DNA of 64,000 nt from Lama guanicoe (taxonomy: Eukaryota), in NCBI GenBank assembly GCA_013239625.1, contig MU053934.1, positions 12,247,413-12,311,412 on the forward strand. Reading direction: 5' to 3'. Each line of letters begins with the position of its first letter. Positions within the stretch are counted from its first letter, which is position 1. The notes under the pieces are model-generated. The model was not told where the DNA came from. It made no database searches and saw nothing but the letters and a program-made list of their open reading frames with translations. Both the position numbers and the translations under genes were made by a program. Shown in pieces: positions 54,488-64,000 of this stretch.

Positions 54488-57400
54488 TCAGGCGTCCTGG
54501 TAGTAATTGTTGAAGTTGATGCGCAACAGGAAGTCCTCCAGGTGGGGCTGGTAGCCACGGTTCACCAGCTTGCTCACCACTGGGGGGAGGGCAGTCAGTG
54601 AGCAGCGCAGCCGGGCCCCTGGGCGCCCCCAGCCCGCCCAGCCCCGGGGACGGGCACCTTTGAAGAGGAAGTGGGAGTAGTACTTGAAGGTGCTGTAGGA
54701 CTGCTGCATGAGGGCGAAGTTAGGGTGCTCGGCACCCCGGGGGCCGCTGGCTGGGCCCCAGGGCTGGGAGATGAGCTGACTGCGGAACTTCAGGACCAGG
54801 CTGAAGATGCTGTGGATGACGTTCATGACGGGTGCCGCCTTCTCTGTCAGTAGGCCCCTGGGGAGTGAGGTGGGTGCTGCGGCAGACACGCTGGGCCCCG
54901 GGATGCAGCACCGGCACCCATGCCTCGCCCTCACCTCACCTGAAGATAGCTTTGTGCAGGTACTCGGCGTGGGCGCGCTGGATCTCCTCCAGGTCACCCA
55001 CCGAGGCCAGCCTTGCCCGGAACTCACGCCAGGTGACGTGCAAGATCTGGTTGGCAATATAGCCCTGGGTGACCTTCACGAAGTGCTGCATCTCGTGCTT
55101 GAACAGCTGCAGCTGCCGGAACTGCACTGAGCCGGCTGCCTGGCTCACCCGGGCTGCGAAGAGGTCGGGGGTGAGCCAAGGCCGCGCGCTCAGGGGCCGC
55201 TCGGGCTCCCGCCATGCTCACCTGTGCGCTTGAGGTGGCAGCAGATGTCCTTGAGGGTCCACATCATAAGCTTCAGCTGCAGCAGGAAGGAGAAGATTCC
55301 GCTGTACCGGCTCAGGCAGCTCTCGGTGACCACGATGTTGAGGGGCCAGTCGACCTATCAGGGAGGCTGGCTCAGCTCGCCCTTGTCCAGGACAGCCCCC
55401 CGCACCCACTAGGGGGTCCTGCTCACCTTGTACCTGAGCTCCAGGCAGCTCAGCACGTCCGGGGCATTGGGGGCAAAGGCCTCAGGCAGGAACTTGAGGG
55501 CAAAGGAGAGGTTGGCGGCGTGCGGGGTGTGGCCGTGCAGGCTGTACTGCAGGGCCTTGCTCAGCACTGCGTTGAGCGCCAGTGGGCTGAGAAGCTCCCC
55601 GGGCGTCTGCCCCGCCCCGAGCTGCCAAGACAGAGAGCACCAACGTCCCAAGGTGTCTGGACTCCGCCTGCAGCCCCGGCCCCTGCTGGCTCCCCACCTA
55701 GCTACCTTCTCAAAGAGCAGGTCGCTGAGGGATTGGGCAAACTCCCCGTCCTCCATCAGAAGGAAGTGCCGCAGTGCCTCGAAGTGTGCCCCCAGGCGCA
55801 GCTCCACGAAGAAGTAGTCAACGGCTGCTCTGTTGACCAGGGAGACGCTGGCGGGCGGGAGGGGCCCGGAGTCAGGGCCCGACAGGCAGTCTGGACCTGG
55901 CGGGGGCGGGGGCGGGCAGGCAGGCAGGCACTCACTGGGCGGCCAGAGGGGCAGTGATGGAGTGCTTCATGAGCACGGGCAGGGGCAGCAGCTCACTCAG
56001 CTGCACCGCGGTCTCATCCGCGTCCGACTGGACCCGGGCTTCCTCGGGGAGGGTAAAGGCTCTTGGAAGCCCGTGGTGCAGGAGGCGGGCGATGGGAGGC
56101 TCTGCTGCAGGGGTGACACAGACCGCTGTCACATGCCAGGGATAGGCCTGCCAGGCTCCCACCCGCCATGGCCAGCCCACTCACACATGGCCTCAAAGCT
56201 GTCCGGGTACCGCTCCAGGCAGTACTGCCCCGCCAGGCCTGCCAAGTAGGCCTGCTCCTGGCCCCAGCGCTGGACTGCCTCCTCGCCAAGGTCTGGGCTG
56301 CTCTGGGCAGCCATGCCTTCCTAAAATGACCCGGCTTCAAGGAATCAGCCCCTTCCCCTCATGTGAAGAGGAAGGGGATCTCACCGCCCCCCAGGTGTTG
56401 TGGGTCTCAGGACAGAGCCCTCATTGCCCACAAAAGGCTGGGGTAGGAGGAACCAGCAGAACATGCTCCCCCAAGCTCTGACCACGTCCACCCTGACCTG
56501 GGAGCCTGGAGGGCAACTTGGAGAGAGGTCTTCAGTGTCCCCGCTCCTCCCTGGGCCTGAGTGGAGCAAGCAGGGCAGGAGGGGGCATCAGGGCCAAGTG
56601 CCCTGGGGCCCGAGGGCAGCAGACTCCTCATCCCCCTCCCCCCTCACAGCCCCAGACACTCTCAGTAGCTGAACAGCTCTGGGGACCCCACAGACCTGGC
56701 TCCTCAGGCGTGCCATCTCCCAGGGCAGCGGGCGCAGCCCCCTCAGAGAACGAGGACTGGAGGCCACTCTCCTCCAGGCCAGAGCCGGAGCCAGCCATGT
56801 GCACGCAGGACCTGCCTGAGGCTGTTTCTGTGGGCGGCTGGGGCTCATGTTCCTGGGCAGGGCTCTGGGCCCCCAAGCTAAGATCTGACTGGGACCTATG
56901 ATCAGGGGGCGTCCAGTGGGGCCTGGGCACATTAGACTCAGCTTCCCCTGGGAGCATCCCTAGTGTTACATGGGACTGAGACACGTGTCCGTGGACATTC
57001 CACCGTGGCCGGGAGGGGGCCACGTCCCACACATTCTCCCCGACCCGGATGCTGGCATCAGACACATGTCCGTGGACATTCCAACGTGGCCGGGAAGGGG
57101 CCACGTCCCATACGTTCTCCCCCACCCTGATGCTGGCATCAGACACGTGTCTGTGGACATTCCACTGTGGCCAGGAGGGAGTCATTCCAGAGGCGTAACC
57201 CCCTGTGGGAACACCACCCTCTGACACCTGCCCAAGGAGCTGCCTTGTGGCCTGGCTGCTACCCTCCTGGGGGGAGGTGTGCCTGGGGACCTGCCCAGCC
57301 GGGACACACATGTCCAGCTGCGTGTGAGTGTCCTCCCACAGCTGCTGCCCCTCACTGCCCAAGCCACCTCCTACTGTCTGGAGGAACCCTGGGGAAGCTG

Positions 57401-60400
57401 AGGCGGCCATAGCCGGCCTCAGGATGGTTCTGAAATCGTACTCCTGTGGCCCAGAGGGCCCTGAGCCCACCAGTGCAGATGGAGCCACCAGAGGCAGGTC
57501 TGAGCCAATGGTCTGCAGTGCGTCCTCCAGGACGGGGGCCGAGCAGGGGAACGCAAGCTGCTCAGCCCCCGGGGCCATGGGCAGGAAGTCCTGGATGCTG
57601 AGGCCCACAGAGAATGGCTCTGGCCCCTCTGCCTGCCCCAATGGCAGGCCCGCTCCAGGCTGTGAGCCGCAGGCCCCCACTGCTGGAGACTGGAGGGGCT
57701 TCGGTGTCAGCACACTCTGGCTATTGGAGCAATCCCAGGCAGCCTCGTGCTGCTCTGCACGCCCAGAATCACTGCCGCTGCCTCTGGCTGGGTGCTGGGG
57801 GCCCAGGAAGGAGGCCTGAAACACAAGTGCACATTAACCCCTCCAGTCATCTGACTCTAACCCCCAGTTCAGTTCTGCAACTGGCACCAAAACCCATGGC
57901 AGGATGGACACAGGCCAGGCTGGCACCCACCATGCTCCCAGGGCAGTGCTGGCCTGGGGCACCCAGCTGAGATCCCCTCCCTGCCCCCAGCTGCGCACCC
58001 TGGATCCTGCCCCAGGACCTCACCTGGGAGTCGGCACCAGAGAGGGCAGCCAGCAGCTCCAAGGGTTTCCCCTCAGACACATCTTTCAACATCTCCTGCG
58101 GTTCAACCAACAGGATGTAAGGCAGCAGCTGAGCGGAGAGCAGTCACAGCCCCCGCCCACAACTGCCAGCCTAGGACAGGTAAGGTTGTGTGGCACTGTG
58201 CTTGCGGGGCAGTCCCATCCGTGCTGTCCGAGGGCAGCACAGCCTCTTCCAGTCACCTCACCTCCGAGCCACCAATGAGAGCATTACCCACCCTCCTAGG
58301 CAGGAACACAAGTAGCTCTGCATGCTGCTTCAGGAGATCATGAGACCCCGAGAGGCCATGGAAGAACCCCCATCTAAAACCACAAGATACCTGAATCTGT
58401 TTCTGATCGTCCAAGAGAAAGCGAAGCCGAGCGCTGGCCAGTCTTCGCCTCTGGACCTTCCACAGTGCCCTCTGCTCCCGGCGAGCAGCCTCCGCAGACA
58501 GCTGGCTGTAATGGTCCACCAGCGCCTGCCTGCAGCCACAAAGGACTGGTCACCACGGTCAGCGCACTGTCCCACCAGTGCCCGTGGGCTGGATGGCTCT
58601 CCATGGCACAGGACCCTAATGGGCAGTTTGATGGCGGGCAGCTGACCCCCTGGGCCCCCACCACACCTGCGGGGGCCTTGCTGGGCAGGCGCCCATGGTG
58701 GAGCAGGCATCGGCTGAGTGAACACCCAGATGTGTTCCCACACAACCGGAAGTGAAGGGACTGGCAGGGCCAGGGCTGCCTGGGCCTCGGGGGTAAGGCC
58801 TCGTTCCCTGAGCTGCATGAGAGGCATCTTTCCGTTCTGCTGGTGCAAAGCCCACAGAACCGAAGATCAACACAAAAAGGTAGACAGTGCACATCAACAT
58901 TTCATCAGCTTAATTCAGAGCTGGTCTGGTGAGTTACATCCAGTGATTCTGACGTTCTCACCAGCAGGAAACTTGTTTCAAACCTGGACTGGCTGTTTTT
59001 AATTCAGCTGCCACAGGCCAGGGGCATAGCCTAGACACCTAGTTTTCTGCACGCGTAAACAGCCCAGTAACATCCCCCACATGCGCGCGTGCACACACAC
59101 ACGCGCGCACACACGCACACCCCCGACAGCATGGATGCACACGCACAGGCACACAGGGCCTCTTCACTCGCTGAGCCCGTCACAGCTCCACAAAGTCCCA
59201 TGGGTCAGAACAACTGGGACCCCGAGATGATAAGCAGGAAGTGACAGCCCCTCCCACCAGGGTCCCCCTGGAGACACCAGCTCTGCCACCTCTTTGGGGC
59301 AGGACAAGCTGAAGACACAGCAGGAGAGACTCCAGGTCGCTGTGCTGGGTGAATTCCCGTCTCTCAGGCTAACAGGTTCAGGAATAAACAAATAACTTAA
59401 AAGAGACCAAGAGACAGAGAGGGGACAGGAGCAGAGCGTGCAGACCGAGCCCAGATCCCAGGCCACACTAACTGGCCGCGAGGAGACATCCTGGCACAGC
59501 CGAGGACACTTGGATGTGGCAAGCCTGGTGGTTCTGAGCTGAGACCTCCTCCCACTGGAACGTACACGTGAAAGGTTTCAAGATAAAAGTAAACGACCAT
59601 CACAAAGATCCAACAGCTGTGATGCCCACGGCACCCGCCGCTCACCTCGCCTTCCTCTCCAGCTGCTCCTCCAGGGCTTTCAGCCTCTTCTCCCGGTCCC
59701 GGAGCTCACGAGCGTAGCTGAAGTCATCATCCAGCTCCTCCTGCCTGGCCACCCGGCGTCGCTGCACAACACCCCCACCGGCAGCCTGGCTGCTGAAGCC
59801 GACTCCCCGGCCTGCTCCCCGGCCTCCCCCAGGCCAACCCCACCCACCTCCTGGTCCTTCTCGAACTGCTCCTTCAGCCTCTGAAACTGCTCTCGCTTCC
59901 GGGCATCCAAGGCCATCCGCACAGACATCTGCCGATCTGCAGTGACAGTGGGGTTGCTGCTGTGAGAGGCCCAGCAGGCAGCCCCCAGACACAGGGCCGG
60001 GGGTTGGAGGGACACGAGCCACACGCACCACTGAGCTCACTCAGGACCCTGGACGCCGCTTCCCGGGCATGGATGATTAATTCTTGTTTTGCAATTTCCA
60101 TTCGTAATTCCTGAAAAAGACCACCAGTGATCAATGCATTTAATCCTCTGTCCCCTTCCCTGGAATGACCTGGGAAATGGGGCTGCTCAGACCCCGGGTA
60201 GGCTCTCCAGGGACAGTGCCCAGGCTCTGGAGGTGAGGCACCTGTCCTGCAGAGTGACAAGGTTGGCTCCCAGGGCAGCAGACACTCTCACAGAGCGACC
60301 TGGAGCCACGACCCCAGGCCTGTGTGTGCCCACCCTAGAGAGGATGGGCTTCCCTGCAGGGATGGAGGGTCAGGCCCAGGCTACCCAAACAGGCCAGCCC

Positions 60401-63400
60401 CTCTCCACCTCCAGCCCCCGCCTCTCCACCCCTCCCACTCCCTTCTGTGGGGTCTGCTGCCCACCTGGTGCCAGGCCAGGAAGAACCCTCATCAACCCCT
60501 CTCCAGTACACAGGATGCTCAGAGCTCAGGCTCTGGTACACCTACCCCTTCCGAGCAGGAGAGGAGCTCAGAGGCCACCGAGTGCAGGAACCTCAGGTCC
60601 TGCTGCCCTGGGGCTACTGCTCAGGCAGGACCTGGCTGTCCGCCATCCAGCCAGCCCCATAGGAGAGAAGGGAGGGAAGGGCAAGGAAAGGCCCCGGAGC
60701 CCGAGGTGCCCCCACACCTTCTCCTCCTTGCTGATGGAGCTGTGGCGCGCCACCCTCTCCATCCGTCCCACGTAGATGGCACAGTCCTTCTCTATGTCCT
60801 TCAACTCCTCCAGGGAGAAAATCACCGAGATGCGAGGGACAGGAACATCAGAGCAGCAGAGGTAATGCTGCTGAGCAGGAGAACCTGCAGTGAGCCCAGA
60901 GAAACTTGGACCCACATCCTGCTCTGCCTCCGTTTCTGGTGACCGGTGTGTACGCCGGCTTTCTTAGAAAGTGCATTCCTCACTGCCATCCTCCACAGCT
61001 CTGAGGACACCACAGACAGGCTGTGCAAGGTCTCTGCCCAGGCCAAGGCTGCCCTGTGGCAGAGGTCACGTCTGCCTCCAAGTGACTCTTCAGAACGTGG
61101 GACACGCCCACACCCACTCACTGAGGCCCACCCAGATTGGACAGGCCCACCGCCGGCCTCTCCCCATAGCTGAGCCCCAATATGTAGCCCCACCCTGCCC
61201 TGGAGCCCCACTTCCCGACAGCCAACCTCCCAGAGGCTCCTGAGAGCCCACCAGCATCAGGCCCTTCCCTGCACCTGCTGCTCCCACCTGGCCCTGAGCC
61301 TGTCCTGGCTGCTCCAGTCTGTTCTCAGCCCCACACTCGGCCAGCTGCTGCCCCAGATCTGGCCTGTACCTGGGTATTCCGCTGCCTAGAACCCGTGTCC
61401 ACATGCCCCACCCACCTCCTTCTGCTGGGGCATCAGGCAGCACCTCCTCAAAGGGCCAGCCTGTCCACAGCCCATCACAGTCACCTGGCCTTCCTCCACC
61501 AGGTCTCAGCCACATGGACACCAGTGCAGGCCTCTGTTCCAGAGCACAGCCAAACCCTGTGACCCCTTCACAAGTGCCCCCCGGACCAGGGGGACATGAT
61601 TCCCTAAACAGCCACATCCATCTTCCCGCTGACACAGCCCACCCCTGTTGCACTGGGGCATCTCCAGGGTGGAGGAGGTGGGGAGAAGCCCACTGCCCCC
61701 TTGGTCTCTGAAATGCCTTCAGCTTCTCTTCTGGTCTTGGAAAGAGCACTCAGAAACTCAACAGAACTACTAGTGAAACTCCAGGGGAAACTGAGGTCAC
61801 CACAACCTGGTCCAGCCCAGCTGACCCAGAGCTAAGGACACCCGGCCAGGCCGCAGGGGGTGGGGGGAGGGCACACGCAGAGGGGCAAGAGGGGCAAGAG
61901 GGGCGGGGGGGATGAGACGGCACACTGGGTGGTGCAGGGCAGCGCCCCCTCACCCGGGGGCAGCAGAGCTTCAGCAGGTTGATGGTCTTTCCGCAGACAT
62001 ACACGTCATGAGCAACGTGTTTCAAGAACACGGGCACGCAGTCCTCCACCTCTTTGGAAATGAGCACGTAGCCATGGGTCCAGTAAAACTTGTCTACACG
62101 TGGGACCAGAAACATAAGATCTGTGTCCAGCGACAGCCCTGACCCACCCGAAGGCGTGGAGGCCCAGCCTGAACGCCGGCCACCACCTACCTCTGAAGCC
62201 CAAGTACTCCTGGTTCACCTGGATCATGAACTCTCCATAAACATCTCTGAAGACCCCACTGTACACCCAGTCGTGAATGAACCTGCGGGGTGGGCGGGCC
62301 AGCAGTGAGGTGCTTGGTAGGCAACCCGGGCAGGAGCGTAGGAGCGCGGCAACGAGGACAGAGCGCAGCCCCACCCCTCGCCCGGCCCCACCCCAGGCCC
62401 CACCGCGTGTAGGGCTCGCAGCTGGTCTTCAGCAGAGACAGCAGCACCGGGTAGTGTTCGTTGCTGCAGTTGTCCAGGGCCTCCTGGTAGAGGTAGGAGA
62501 GCAGCTTCACGCCCTGGAGACGACAAGGAGAGGGGCTCAGCACACACAACACTGCAGGATCCAGCCCCCCACCCATCCTCCAAGCTCAGCCACTGCCCCG
62601 CCCCCCAACAGGGGCTGCCTACTCAGGAATCCCGAGCTCACAGTGGGGAAGGCAGCCGCAGCCCTGGGCTCCCCTCCACCAGCGCCCGGGAGTGCAGTGC
62701 CAGTGCCGACACCACAGAGCTCAGCCAGGTACCTAGACACAAAGGCCGGTGAGATCAGGCGAGCAGGACGTGTCCCAGGTCCTCCTCTGCCTGTCTGCAT
62801 GGTCCAGCTTTAAAACCACCTGCACCTCAAGGACCTCAGACTGGAGCCTCCTGACAGACTCCTCCCAGGGCGCCCACGCATCGCCACCTCCTTCCCAAGT
62901 TTGGCCAAGACTGCGTCCCGGAGTCCACAACCCTGCCCCAACCCTGCAGCTCTGCCCTGAGACCTCTCCAGCACTCACCACCTCGCCCAGGTCACCACCT
63001 CCTCTGTCCTGGATGGCCCCTAGCCCCCTGCACCCCGCTGCGGCACAGCCCCTGACAGCACCCTCCAGAGCTCCCCAGGCTGCCTACAACAACTCCTCTT
63101 GAACTGAACCCACCTCCACTCAACCCTAGCCCATCATTTTCTGGCTCCAGATGGCACCTGCCAGCAGACACACTGCCTGGTGTTCACTAACCAGCTTGTG
63201 GGTGCCAGGGGCCAGGTCTGTCTATAGGGAGGAACCCTGTGTGCCTTTCAGGCAGGAGCCGCTGACCCAAGGCAGGGCCCGCTTGGTGGGCTGCCAACAG
63301 ACAGCACCTAGCCCCTCATGAACTCATCTGGGTCAAAGGCTATCCAGACGCCCAGCAGCAGGGCTGCTTTCATAGGCCCGCCACCGCCCAGCAAGCCCCA

Positions 63401-63566
63401 TGCCCGCCCCTGTCCAGCCATCACACCGCCATGCTGAGGCTCACCTGAGCTGCCGGCCCAGCTTCTTGAAGAGGAAGCCAATGGTGAGGAGGCTCAGGGT
63501 GGGCGGCGTGGAGAGGACGCAGGCCCGGTAGTACTGCAGGTACCTCCTCAGGCCACTGGTGAAGGC
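54488..63566 (-). CDS. TUBGCP6: Gamma-tubulin complex component 6, last 21 coding exons; the 5' end lies beyond the window
   Basis: Phase-consistent exons (5'->3'): 63566-63445, 62732-62642, 62513-62404, 62282-62191, 62093-61954, 60867-60718, 60110-60029, 59936-59848, 59761-59646, 58529-58391, 58095-58024, 57815-56696, 56556-56498, 56320-56185, 56104-55936, 55847-55706, 55621-55427, 55354-55222, 55153-54940, 54857-54658, 54579-54488. GRIP motifs CGKTINLLKLC, LRHFLLMEDGEF, YKVDWPLNIV and C-terminal LEDFLLRINFNNYYQDA*. Confidence 0.96.
56980..57180 (-). repeat. 81-bp (27-aa) coding tandem repeat of TUBGCP6, about 2.5 copies
   Basis: Units start at 56980, 57061 and 57142; peptide PSRPRWNVHGHVSDASIRVGENVWDVA. 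Confidence 0.92.
59081..59120. repeat. (CA)/(CG) alternating purine-pyrimidine microsatellite
   Basis: atgcgcgcgtgcacacacacacgcgcgcacacacgcacac in a TUBGCP6 intron. Confidence 0.7.
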
Positions 63567-64000
63567 CTGTGGGGCAGGGGCTAGGAGGAGGGCGGCCGAG
63601 CACATGGACCCAGCCACTGAGCTCAGACCAGAGAGGAGAAGCCAGTGCCAGGGAGAAGGCTGGGCTTCCACCCCCAACCCTGGGGCTTCCTTTTCCAAGG
63701 AGTGGGCATCTGGGTGTGACACCCAGACACTCCAGCCCAGCTGGAAGTCCAAGGCCCACTGCAATCCTGTCCCTGCAGCCAGGACCAGCTACACCAGGAC
63801 AGCAGACCCTGCAGACCCTGGGTAGCTGGACTCTGTGCACAGACACCAACTCTGAGAGGGTTTGGCCGCTCAGACCACTGGAGAACACTCCAGAACCAAT
63901 ACCAGGCACCCACCAGCAAGGAGACAGCTATCCCAGCTCACGTCCCAGACACCCGGCACGACAACCCGGTCTTGGTTTCCTTCTGCCCTCCCGGCTCCCC

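Noticed and set aside
56980-57180. Direct repeats as a CRISPR-like array
   Set aside because: Head-to-tail 81-bp in-frame coding repeats without unique spacers, inside a eukaryotic exon.

Overview
GC-rich mammalian genomic DNA, syntenic with the MOV10L1-PANX2-TRABD-SELENOO-TUBGCP6 cluster (human 22q13.33). The youngest L1 copy looks cetartiodactyl and possibly camelid, which is a tentative call. Exon structures were reconstructed by hand with GT/GC-AG boundaries and consistent phases. They cover the 3' helicase half of MOV10L1 (+), PANX2 (+, with a 236-nt N gap in exon 2), complete TRABD (+), complete SELENOO (+, with an in-frame UGA selenocysteine, a CC-type SECIS and a GC-AG intron) and the last 21 coding exons of TUBGCP6 (-). 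The most notable feature is not recoverable from the ORF track: a decayed, intron-containing four-exon fibrinogen-related-domain gene, most similar to ANGPTL5, on the + strand between TRABD and SELENOO (37617-39216). Next to it is a POLR2L retrocopy that inserted into and split a MIR. Repeats include Tigger1-derived, MLT1, MIR and L1 elements. Homology calls come from remembered protein and repeat sequences, not from database searches.
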